DNA of 62,926 bases, counting the filler, from Reticulomyxa filosa (taxonomy: Eukaryota > Protista > Foraminifera), in assembly GCA_000512085.1 (NCBI GenBank). It is 17 parts of 17 records of this genome, joined end to end, with 100 filler letters (N's around TTAATTAATTAA, not from the genome) between each part and the next. Parts side by side here need not be neighbours in the genome. Positions count along the whole stretch, not along the records: positions 48,452 to 62,926 come from ASPP01024534.1; 16 more parts are not named here. One strand, written 5' to 3'. Below, piece by piece: positions 51,284 through 62,926 of this stretch; position 1 is the first letter of the stretch, and each line of letters starts with the position of its first letter. The position numbers and the translations under genes were made by a program. The notes beneath the pieces are model-generated. The model was not told where the DNA came from. It saw nothing but the letters and a program-made list of their open reading frames with translations, and did no database searches.

Positions 51284-52328
51284 TATACAAAACACAATCT
51301 TATCTTACGTGACAAAATAAGGCTCTTCTTTGTGTCTTTACTATACATATAACGGCATTTGCAAAAGTCCAGCACCAAGCAAATGTCCAGTCGCAAAATA
51401 ATATAAGATATAAAACAATATCCAACTTTTAAAAATATTTTAAACCATTTAGCCTTGAAAATAATATGTTTTTGTTTGAAATCTCAAAAGTCCTAATTGA
51501 ATAAAAATGGATCAAATCAAAACTTGAATTTTTTTTAGATCTTGAATCTCTAACATCATTTCTCGTTTTCTGACCGATGCTTGCCATAATCATGTTTCCA
51601 AGGTCATTTTGCCATTTTATTTTTATCATGATCTCGCTTGCATAGTTTTGGCTTTATGAAATGTCTATTAGCACAATCGAATATTCAGTACCGAAAACAT
51701 TTTTTTTTTTTTCTAATACAAAAATAATAATGCTTAAACAGAAAGTTATAACATGTATTTATATCTTTGTATAAGTTCTTTTTTTGTTTGGGAATAATTG
51801 TTAACGTTCATGCTGTATAGCGTTAAGTACGAACAAGACAAGAATAATATTGCTAATTCAGCTTATGATCATTTATCTGTAAACGACACTTTGCGTCCAC
51901 GTACTAAAACTTTAATATCAGTTTCTTTTCTAACAAACACCTAAATTTTTAAAAAAAAAAAAAATTATGGGGATGCCCCGTTGTGGTAATTAATTTTTCG
52001 ACATTCAATTATCAGTTTGCAGTATTCTTTTTTTCTTTAATGGAAGACTAAACATATTTATTTTCTCTTTTTTCGTGTCCCAAGTTTTTCCAAAAGGGTA
52101 AATGATATTGTGAAAATCATTCTGATGCTCCTGAGAGAAATGGAAAATTAGAGACGAAACTGAATATAATTGTGCTATAAATAATGTGCGATATTCAAAT
52201 CGTACAAACTCCGCTAAAGAGAGCACAAAAAGTATTTATCATTTTACAAAAGCTTTGATGAAAAGAAAGGGTATCTCCCTCCACTTTTTATATTAAGTTC
52301 ACTCCAATCCATAAAAATTGAACCTTTG

Positions 52329-53681
52329 CTATAACTTGGATGATTGGTCTTGTTTATAAACTAGACCGATTTGTTTTTTGATTTCATCACTTATTGTGGC
52401 CGCAATTAACATTTCCTTCCAATTGTACTTAGAACTCTGAAGCAAGCCCTTGTCCAGGTCTTCAATTACTCCACACACCTCATAGAACAACCCTTCCGAG
52501 TTAACAAAGTTAAAGGGGCGAATAGTGTTTAAGTTTTTCGGGAGTTCAAATTCTTTGACAGTATGGTTCATCACTTTTCGATGAGTTTTTTCTTTTCGAG
52601 TCCCAAAGAGTTTCAACTCGCATTTGGTCGGTGAGTGTCCATAAATTCTTATTTCCCCTTTCGTTCCGCTAATCACATACTCATTGCTAGTGTTTCCATA
52701 AAAGTTTACATGGATCACACCGTACTGTTTTTCACCATAAAAGACTGTCGCCGTCGTCATTGTGTCAACATTATAATCTTTGTCTTTCCTCTCCCAACAT
52801 CAGCATCACATAAACAAGACAAGCAAACAAATCAATCAATTTTTGCAAAGTGACAGAAATCTTGTGAATTTTTTTTTTTTTTTTTTGAAAAAAAGGTGTG
52901 TTTCCCGCAAATTCGGAAAATTTTAATTTTTTTTTTTTTTTTACCAACAAGTCCAGCTGCTACGATTCGGGTGGGATATCTTTCCCCAAACCATAATGGC
53001 AAATGATGCAAGGTGTAGATCCCCAAGTCGAGCAAAGCACCGCCCCCCAAATGGTTGGTCCATAGTCTCGAAGTGGCACTAGGCGATTCCATTTGAACGC
53101 CAAAGTTTCCTTCGAAACAGACCAACTCACCGATCACACCTTCATTGAACCACTCTCGACTTTGCTGCACTGCCGGAAAAAAGCGTGTCCACACCCCTTC
53201 CAATAAGTAACGCTTATTCTCACGAGCTGCTGCTATGCACTCTTTCATCTCTTTGCTGTTCATTCCCAATTGGTTTCTTTTTTTTTTTTTTTTGTATTTA
53301 TTTAATATCGATTCTTTGTCACATTCTTTTTCCTTTTGTTATTTGCTTTTTGTCTTTGTTTAAAAAAATAATAATAACTTCGACCACCACATGCTTGCCT
53401 GCCTTTAGGGCCTTGATCACATTTTCTTTGTGGGTTGGATGAATGGTGCCCACGTACACACAATCAATTTCTTCATCAGCAAACAGGTTTTCATAGCCTC
53501 TATATGCCTTCTTTACACCCAACTTCTTGGCAAACTCCTCCGCAGATTGGTCTCTGGAGGCGCAGGCCACTAACCGACATTGATCATGCTTCAAAAGGTT
53601 CAAAGCAAAATCGTTGGAAATTTTTCCACAGCCGATAATGCCCCACCGATAGATTTTCTTTTGTCCTTGTGAAGCAGACAT
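52329..53681 (-). CDS. DHDH: Gfo/Idh/MocA oxidoreductase (dihydrodiol/D-xylose dehydrogenase-like), ends in SKL
   Basis: RWGIIGCGKISNDF, VYVGTIHPTH, GKHVVVE|KP, LEGVWTRFFPA, LGGGALLDLGIY, FNFVNSEGL.YE; C-terminus DQSSKL*. Confidence 0.92.
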
Positions 53682-54159
53682 TAAAGGGGCTTTCTGGGTC
53701 TTTGTCAAAACACCTGCATTACCAGAGTAATTTTAATATTGGAGTTATCTTGGCAAGTAAATAGTCAGTAGGCATGTTTTGCTCTTAATACTACCAAATA
53801 AACATTCATCTTTCAATTCCCATTTTACATTGCTGGTTATCGTGTCTAATTATTTTATTGCGTATTGTCTTCGATTGGCGTTTTTATTTTATTCTTTTTT
53901 TGTAGTTTTTTCACGGTAAATAGTGGCAACATTTTAACAAAATTCTGATAGTGTTATACTCGTAAATAATCGATAGCTACAGTTAATAATTTTCGTCAAA
54001 GTTAAAATGAAAAAAAAGAATGGCTGTTGATGCACATTGTGTTGTGTGTAATCAAAAAATTGAATTATTTGATCTCTCGGGATTGTTTAGCCGAACTTGG
54101 ACAAGGGGGAAAGAGATTGGAGTGGTTGTTTTTATACTTGCAAATAATTCAAGTGGATA

Positions 54160-56587
54160 ATGGCAGACTCAGCTTTTATTTCATTAACACCTTTGACTGA
54201 TTTGATTAAGTCAACGCCAAAATCAATAGATATTTCATGTTCGTGTATATAGCAACATAAGAAAACAGTGAAGAAACAAGCAACAACAAAAAAACTCACA
54301 AAAAAAGGTGAAATGAACAAGGAGCATTACATTCTCTTATCAAACACATGTACTGACACTGTGGCATGGAAATTGAAGACAAATCGGCCTGGTCGATATA
54401 TGGTAAGGTACTAAATGAAGAAAAAGAGATAAAAAAGAGAGGAGAGAAAAAAAAAGGGGCACAAAAAAAAAAAAAAGGATTGTTATGTATGCATCTCTAA
54501 CTTTATGCATTTTTTATTTTATTTTGGTTAAAAAAAAAAAAAAAAAAAGGGAATTAAATTTTCTTAGAGAAACAATCCCAGTACATGCAATGTGACGAAT
54601 AGGCCAAAGGAAGGAATATTGCTGCCTCTGCAAAGCACGAAAATAACAGTGGTACTGAACAAGTTGGTCCAACTTCCAGATAAAAAGGCAAATTTTTGAT
54701 TCAAGCGACGAAGATAAAAGATGGGACTACTGAGCAGATGCTCCCTGCCATTGTTGAGTTTCTTTTTTATGTTGTCATGGTTTGAACATGGAGAGAGATT
54801 TGTGTGATGCTGAAACATACTCTGCAAACGTTTCCAAGTGGAAACAACATGAGTCTCTGCACGACGCCAAGCGAGGGAGTTATACTTTACAAGAAATTTT
54901 GGTGAAATGTTCGATCCATACCAATGTTCCAGTTTTGCATTTCTATTTATAACATACACAATATAATACACATATAAAATGAAAAAAAAAAAAAAGTGTG
55001 ATGAATGTGCAATAATCGACACGTCATCACTTTGATTGAAATTTGGATTTGTGTGTGTGTGTGTAAAAGAAACCTTACAAAATTCAAACCCAAAATTTTT
55101 ACATTTTATATATACATATATATGTATGTATATATGTATATGTATGTATATAATGTTCATATAACATACAAATATTATATACTCATCATATGTAATTGAC
55201 GTCTAGACAGCGACTGGCCAGCAATACACGACAGCGACGGGACCTCAAAAAGGGCAAGGCGTTGCGTCAAGTACAGTGGAAGAGGAAAGCAATCCCTTCG
55301 AAATTGCGCTTGAACAAGAAAAGAACAAAGATCGAGAAAAAGAAAGAGAGGGAACTATATCGAGCAAAGATCCCGACAGATCCCCACCTGGTTATGAGTT
55401 TGTGTTGCATGATAACAAGCCATTGGATATTTTGGACAACTACTATGGTGGGGATACAACTAGTAATGCCATCGTATCCAGCACCAGCACTAACGCTAAT
55501 ACCAATACCAATACCAATACCAATACCAATACCAATATCAATACCAATACTAATACTAATACTAATACTAATACTAATGCCAACACCAACACGGACGCCA
55601 CAACCAACAGCTCGAATAGTAACGCCAACACAAATGCGAACGCAAGTATGAGTGCGAATGCAAATGCAAACTCCAGTGCCGCAGTCGGTGACAGCCATAG
55701 CGGCGGAGCACACACGGCGATGGAGCGGGAGCATCACAGCACTTATCGAGAGGCGGCGACAGAGACACAAAAGGACGTTGTTGACCTCGACAGCGTAGCT
55801 TTGGACAAGACAGACAAGGACAGCAACAGAACCGCCGATAACTCAAACGAAAAAAAATATATTAAGGAACAAGCCAAAGACAAAAAAAACGATGAAAAAG
55901 TCACTTTCGAAACGACTAACACATTCACAAAACATCCACATCAAGAACACAAAGTCTCTCCATATGACATTGTTAATATATACATATACATATATATTTT
56001 TTTTTTTTTAGAAACTAATGTCTCATTACAAAGTGGAGGGGGGGGGATAAGCCTCACATTTAACAACAACAACAACCAAATGGAGAAAATGATTGAAAAC
56101 ACAGAAAGCGGTGGAGGAGTGGAAACAAAAAGCAGATGAATATGACAGCTTGCTTGAATTAGCTCGGAAAACGTTAGCGCAAAAGGACCAGCTGTCGGCG
56201 GAGTTAAATGCGTCGCAAGAGCTGGTGCGATCGCTGAAAAAACAATGCGCGGATTTGCAACAGGAAAAACGACTGTTGTTGGCCGCACAAACAGAGTGGA
56301 TGCAAAAAAAGGACTTGTCACAACAACATGGTAATGACCAGAGTAAAGAACACAAAGAGAAGGAATCGTCTGCTCATACCAATGCTTTTTCCACTCTTGC
56401 AAACGATAATAGCAAATCTTTGCAGTCAAACAAAACCAATCCCTCTGATACTGCTGCTACGTCTACTGGTACTTTCACTAAGTCATACCTGTTCATGTCT
56501 TTAGTTCAGATTCTTATCGCTGTGCTTATTGCTTTGGTCGCTTTCCGATTTGGCCAACATAAAAGTCTCAACGATCGAAGTTTTTAA
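54160..56587 (+). CDS. VAP-like protein: MSP domain, long Asn/Thr linker, coiled coil, C-terminal TM anchor
   Basis: LSNTCTDTVAWKLKTNRPGRYMV|RPKEGILLPLQS..KFLIQ is an MSP domain. Coiled coil at about 56100-56310; tail anchor YLFMSLVQILIAVLIALVAF. Confidence 0.85.
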
Positions 56588-57266
56588 ATATTGAGACCCA
56601 TTTTTTATTGTTGTTGTTGTTGTTGTTGTTGTTGCTCGGACAGAGATAGAGAAGGGAAGGGGGAAGAAAAGGGTAACGGAATTACGTATGCGTATATGCG
56701 TTTTTGTGCCTGTGAGGTTTGGTGGTTTTCTTAATTGTGCAAGATTTTAAAAGAAACTATTGTTAACCAAACTTTTTAACAATTGTGTTTGTTTCACAAC
56801 AACCATTTATGTTTAATCAATTGTTATTTCCAACTTTCAAAGCTACTTGGTTTCGTCATTGGGACACTTTTTTTTTTTTGCACTGTTCGCATATCCTTCA
56901 CTTTTTTTTACACTTCTCTTAGATTTTGATTTCAAACCAAAAACTTTGTTATGTCCAACACGTACTTAACTTCAAAGGAAGTTGTAAAATGGTTTTATTA
57001 AAGATAAGCGCTCTTTTCACATCAATGTTGCAATTTTATCTCAAGAGAAAAAGAAAAACATGTAAGAATTTGCTCTAGACAAGAGTAAAGCCAAAAAGCA
57101 TGAAATTTGGCCACATTTTTTATTATTGTTTGATTGCAAGTATGGACGTGAAAAACGGCTGTTTAAAAAAAACAATTAACATTTTATTCAAAATTCTTTT
57201 TTACTTTAGTTGATGTAGTCATTATTTACTTTATTTATTTTTCTCTATCTCCCCTCCTTTTTCGTA

Positions 57267-58691
57267 TTAAGAAAGCACATTGGTATCTGCTTGCTCACAA
57301 TCAATGGAGTGTGCATGATCAGATTTGTCTGCTTGCACTTGCGCAGCTGAATAGGTGTCTAATCCGTCCTCTCTCCTTTCTCCCCCTTCGTCCTTTTTTA
57401 CAATAGTCTCTAGACTGTTGAGACAAGTTGCTTGATCGGCACTTCCCAAAGGTACAGTATCTTCGTTCATTTTTTCATCACTTTTGAAAGAATCAGAACA
57501 TGATCTAAGTCCCAATTTATTTTTTTTAAAAAATAACTGTATAAAATAAATTTAGCTTAATTTAAATCTGAAAAAAAAAAAGGTTGGAAAAGCAAACATC
57601 ACAAAGCTGCAAAATGGACAGCCAAGTGGATTGGTAATGATCACCGACAACATCGGCATATAATTGGACAGCAAAGCGTTTGTTGTGATCGAAAGTGAGA
57701 TGTGGCTGAGCAAGCTCTTGGGACCACCTTTTAACAAATGAGGCAACATTGTCAATGGTTTTAAAAAATCTGACCGGTTTAATGCCAAACTCATCGTTTA
57801 CTAACAACATTTTGCTTTGGCCAGCGTTGTAATTTTTTCAAACTCCGTTCCAATATTATGCAACATTGAGATAGCTCGATATGTATGTGTTATTTCACGT
57901 AACAATTGCCCTATCTTGAAACGCTTCTCTTTCTTTTGCTTTTTTTTATTCCGATTGTTTTGCTGGCTTATTCCGTAAAATGCTGGAGTCACTTGTGCTG
58001 CTATTGTCACGCCATTCAAAAACGAGTCCAAATTGCTATAACTCGAATCATTCTTTTTGTTGTTGTTATTTGTTGTTGTTGTTGTTGTTGTTGTTATTAT
58101 ATAATACACTCTTTTTTTTTAATAATAAAAAAAAAGACTCCAAAACGATCAAATGTTAGACTGTGACGCATGCGTGTAATGCAGTACAAGGTAAGCCCTT
58201 TTTTTTTAATGTACCATTTCCAATGTAAATTTGGCTTGGTCTTGTTCTACAATAAAATTTATTTCCACGAGACAATCTCCGCAGTGCATTTTTACGCTCC
58301 AATCACTTGGCTGTGCTTTGCTTATAAGCCAGCAAGCGAGTATGTAGCGACTCTTTTTCTCACGCAAAGCTGATAGTACCACTTTCAAGTGGTCTTTTGC
58401 GATGTTATATTGCAGTTGAGAGGATTTAGATTCATAATCTTCTTCAACACGCTCTGAAGTCGCATCATCGTTTTCCATTGTATTGTTTTCTTCCCATCCG
58501 TTGTTATCGCTCATCTCTTGGGATGTTATCCTGCTTTCTGGCCCTATTACGTTTTGGTTGTCATTCAGAACTTTAACTTGTTCTTGGTTTGTTAATATTT
58601 TTCGCTCTTTTGGAATAGGAGCTGGAGGTCTTCGAGGTGGTCTCGGTTTTTTTAAGCCTTGTTTTTGAGGATGACTGCTAGAAATCCCCAT
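57267..58691 (-). CDS. Hypothetical protein, 3-4 exons, possible N-myristoylation (MGISSS)
   Basis: Consecutive exon-like ORFs separated by AT/poly-A introns; MGxxxS start; Pro/Arg-rich N-terminus. Confidence 0.55.
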
Positions 58692-59809
58692 CCTCACTTT
58701 TTATAGTAGTTTTTTTTTGTTTTGATTTGGCGCTTTTGTAAAACAAGCAAAACTACCAGTAACACAAAATTTGAGAAATATTTACTTAAGATTCCTTATA
58801 TGCTATACTTTTTTCTTCCTCTCAACAGATTCTGTGTTTCGTTTTTGATAATAAAAATGTAAACAGAAGAAGCTCCTATTGGAAAATCTTAACAACATGA
58901 GTCAATGTCTAGGCAATCAAAGAAAAGATAAAAATAACTTTGAACAAAAGCAGAAAAACTGCAACTTGGGTTGATATTGAAGAATAAAACTAGAACTTAT
59001 TGGTGAACTAAACACAGGTATTAGGCGTTGTAGTTCTAACTGATTTTTAAGAAGAACGTCTGTTCTACGTTTAATGAAAGCGTAGAATCAGGGCTGCTTC
59101 AATGCTAATAATAATAATAATGGCGGCAGAGTGTTGATTGTTTTGCAAGACATTTTGACTTTCTAATGTGGACAGTAAAGACTCTGTGACTTAAACGTGA
59201 TTGTTTGGACAAATCATTGACTTTTGTTGGAGAGATTTCGGTTCTTTTTCAAATGCAGTTCAAAAAACAAGCCATCCTTAATTTGTGTGTTCACAATAGA
59301 AGAATTGAGATTATTTACAAAAAATCTTTAATTGTGGGTCCAGAAACTATGTTTAAACTAATTTTAATTGAAAATCTTGTACAACTAGTTGAATGCTTAA
59401 AGTTTTGGCATGGCCTGAGTCAGGAGTAATGACAAAAATAAAATTCCCCAAATAACCAAAATTATGCAAACAGTACCAAACAAAAACAAAAAAAAAGATT
59501 AAAAAAAAAATTAAAAATAAAAAAATTATATCCAGTTTAATGTAAGGTTTACCCAAATACTCAACTAAAAAAAATGATATTCAATTGCAACTAAGAGAGA
59601 GACCAAGCTTGTTGGTAGTAATGTAAGTCATAATTGAAGGGACTATGATTTCGAAAGATATGTCAATTTTTGTAGGATTGATCTTGCAGAGCAAAATCAA
59701 ACATTAGGAAAGTAATGCAAACACCACACACACACATAAAAGACCTCTCCTTTTCTCTCTTCTCTTCTCCTCTTCGAAACCCAATGGAAAAATATGGAAA
59801 GAAACCATA

Positions 59810-61491
59810 ATCAAGGATTTTTGGCCCCTTGCAAATCTTGTAAGTACGCCTAGACATTTGTGATTGCATCCGTGTTCCCACCCCGCCAGTGTCGACAGAG
59901 ATTATTTCATAATGGCAATTGCCCCGTTCAAACAAGGTCCAAACAGATGAGCCAACAATTCAAAAAAAAAAAAAAAAAAAAAAGAAAACGTAACGTGATA
60001 TTGCTTGAGCATATTTGAAAAATAGTTTTTGCTTTGTACAAAATCTTTTTGTATAATTTCACGATATGCATCCGCAATGAACTGTGCACATCCCATTACA
60101 TGAGGCCGTATAACTTTTTCTTTGACGTTTGTCTTTGACCGAACCTTTTTTTTTATTCAAACAAGCAAAAAAAAAAAAAAAAAAAGTGGGGAGGAAGATA
60201 CCATTATTTATATACATATACACATATATGTATACATTCATTATATCCATATGTCGTATATATGCATATTGTAACATATACGTCACAATATGCAAAGAGA
60301 AAAACAAAAAGGGGGGGGGGAGAAAAACAAACAAACAAAACAAAAAAAAAACTTTGAGATAAACCATCACCATAGCCGAAATGAGCTTGGTAATGTCATT
60401 AATAGCAGAAATCTGGGCGAGAGTGTTATCTTGCCTAGTGAAGCATTTTTTCCAAATGGCAGTTCTTCAAATTGGTATTGCATTTGCTGACAAAGGCGCC
60501 CAAAGAATTGAAAAACGCATTGTCTTTTTCAAGCCACTGCGGCTTTTCAACGTCGTCCGGGACGATATATTTCTCCGAAGGCTTTGTCACCACGTTCGAC
60601 GTACCGCCATTGTCGGAGCTGCTATCATTCGGATCCGTGGATTCCTTGATCTTCCTACCCTTCTTTGACGGCAGCTCCACTGCCTCTCCAGGAGGGCCAG
60701 TCAATATTATCGTCAAGCCTATCGAGCCAAAGTTCAATGTTTAAAAGTTCAGTTCTCAACGTACATTGAATCCTCTCCCTCCCCCCCCCTCCTCCATATT
60801 AATACGATTTTATTTATTTAAAAAAAAAAAAAAAGGGGAGGAAAAAAAAAAGAGGATACACAAAAAAAAAAAAAAAAAGGGGAGGATACACCCAAAAAAA
60901 AAAAATTTTTTTTTATATGTTATAGATATGATTAACCGTCTCCTTTGGTTAAAGTAATATCAAATGTTTTTAGACTGTCTGTGCTCGTATTTGTTGTGTT
61001 GGTAGTATTGTTGGCATTTATCGATGACTCCTTTATGCTCTCCTCATTGTTATTGTTATTGTCATTGCCATTGACTTGTTTTGCTTTCTTCGATTTCTTA
61101 CCCTCCGAGTCGGCCGAATCCTCACTTGAACTTGATGAACCGCTCGACGAAGATCCGCTGGTGTCGCTCGACATTGCATTTGGAATCGGCCCACTTGTAT
61201 ACGTCTCTTTATCGTCCTCTTTGTCTGCTTTCTTCTTACTAGCGACCTTCTTCTTTTTTCCACCTTTTTTTTCGTGTCTTCTGCTGCTGTTGTTGTCGGT
61301 GCCGTACCTGTTGAACTCGCGTCTTCTGGCTTCTCTTCGTCCGTTCTACTCTTTGCTATTACTTTCTCGTCCTTTTGCGCCTTCTCTTTGTCTTCGTTTG
61401 CTACTTTTTCCACTTTGCTTTGTGGTGGATCCACATTCCGAAGTAATGAACTTGATTCTAATGTATTTGTTGTGCAACACGTTCCTCCCAT
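59810..61491 (-). CDS. Hypothetical protein with MGGTCC N-terminus (myristoylation/palmitoylation), multi-exon
   Basis: Charged low-complexity N-terminal exon, then several globular-looking exons separated by poly-T/poly-A introns. The 3' end is uncertain. Confidence 0.55.
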
Positions 61492-62128
61492 TTTCGTTTT
61501 CTTTGAGCAATTTTATCAATCGATATTATATACGATCAGAAACATGGGGGGGAGGAGTCATGTTTTTCTCCCTATCTTACTCTATTTTCAATTTGTGCTT
61601 TGTTGAAATCTAATTCTCACAGATTTGCATTTGCTCCAGCAAAAGAAATAAAAAGCAAAAAAGTAATAATATTTAAAAAAATAAAGTCAAAGAAATGCCA
61701 GAGTTTCTCCAAAAAACTCTGTTTTTTCAAGCGTATCTTTTTTTTCAGATTTTTTATTGTAAAATATCAGACAAATTTCCTTTCCAAAAGATAAAAGATA
61801 TGAGAAAAATTGGCAACTAAAACTTTTCTTCGAGGATTTGTATCATTGAGGTCGATCCAAACAACTTTTTTTTCCCCAGCCAAATACAAACATCCAAAAA
61901 AAAAAAAAAGAAAAAGCGAAACAACACACCAAGCTTTGCAAAAGAAAGAACCATGCATATCTTCGCTTGGTTTGATGTGTGTAGATATTCATTAATGGCG
62001 TCAGCCAAAAAATGTTGTTGACTCTCCCTTTGCCCAGTTCCTTCTTCCCCTCCTTCCCCATTGTTACAATAGTGTTTTTCACTCAATATATTTATTTTCC
62101 CTTTTAGTAATATTTATGACGGTGCTGA

Positions 62129-62839
62129 TTACCAAATGTTGTTGGTGATCTTTTGGAACATGTCATATTGAACAGTTCTCCAATTATTCAAACTCTCTCC
62201 AATCAATCGATAAATGTGTTTTACACATTTCTATGAGCGATAATAAAAATAATAAATACGAGAACAACTTATACATATAAATAAATGCACATGTAAACAT
62301 ATTTATATAACACATACTTCATTAGACAAATTCTCAGCAAATCTATTTTTGAAATCAGTGAGAGCCGATTGTCCACCAACAAAGCAGGGCATAGGGGCAC
62401 CCTCGAACATGATTTTGGCTAAAAGCAAAAATTTTCGACTGTGTTTGCGGACCTCCAAAAAGCCACGGACAATTAAAATTTGGAAGTAGTCAAACATTTC
62501 GCTTTTGTGTTCTCCGCCCATGACTTGGACAAACTCTTCAGTCAGTTTGAAAGGTGCACTTTCAAAGCCAAAGTTCCCTCCGGGTGAGTTACTCATGATG
62601 AACCCAAAGTCAATGTGAATAACTCTCCCTTCGCTATCAATGAGTACGTTTCCATTATGGCGATCTTTTACCTGCAAAAAGTAGCATACCAACGAATACG
62701 CCGCCAAAGACTCCACAAAGTTCTTCTGAGCTTTTTCAAATGCTGGACTTCCCGGAGGTCCATAATATTGCTCAAAAAATTTTTGCAACGTGGAAAAGTT
62801 TTTTACACGATGCTTTAGCGTGGATATGCTACATGCATT
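62129..62839 (-). CDS. PI4KB: Phosphatidylinositol 4-kinase type III (beta-like), C-terminal catalytic region; 5' outside window
   Basis: NFVESLAAYSLVCYFLQVKDRHNGNVLIDSEGRVIHIDFGFIMSNSPGGNFGFESAPFKLT; last exon ..SLNNWRTVQYDMFQKITNNIW*. Confidence 0.95.
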
Positions 62840-62926
62840 CTTTTTTTTTTTTAATAAAAAAAAATAAAACATTATATATATGTATGTATATGTATATGCA
62901 TATATATATTGTATGGTATATCAGAA

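Noticed and set aside
59040-59100. SECIS element or hammerhead ribozyme in the intergenic hairpin
   Set aside because: The helix is too short and lacks the RUGA/GA quartet spacing, and there is no CUGAUGA...GAAA core.

Overview
AT-rich eukaryotic draft-genome DNA: 17 contigs joined by 16 artificial 100-bp spacers (N44-TTAATTAATTAA-N44), so adjacency across a spacer is not evidence of linkage. Short GT-AG introns, long A/T homopolymers, (AT)n/(AAT)n tracts and frequent 1-nt homopolymer frameshifts are present. The WD40 family, divergent alpha-tubulin and TM-RGS gene suggest a foraminiferan such as Reticulomyxa (inference from recalled family style, not a search). Recognisable genes: WD40 family member, Tctex-type dynein light chain, serpin, TM-RGS, Fe-SOD, hexose-6-P epimerase, MsrA, MOB4/phocein, GGDEF-like+ankyrin protein, RPS5, C2H2 zinc-finger, copine, cold-shock-domain protein, Mip/FklB-type FKBP, DHDH-like oxidoreductase, VAP and PI4K-III. 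Decayed elements include alpha-tubulin, WD40, TRAF-like and possible NACHT pseudogenes, a LINE RT and a Tc1/IS630 transposase. The most unusual item is a spliced gene encoding an uncharacterised domain, a divergent ubiquitin ending LRLAGG, and then CFFAGTQ, the start of a Hint/intein-like domain: a candidate self-activating, E1-independent conjugation system. Other notable items are a eukaryotic degenerate GGDEF-ankyrin fusion, a membrane-anchored serpin missed by the ORF track, and recurrent poly-A 3' splice sites.
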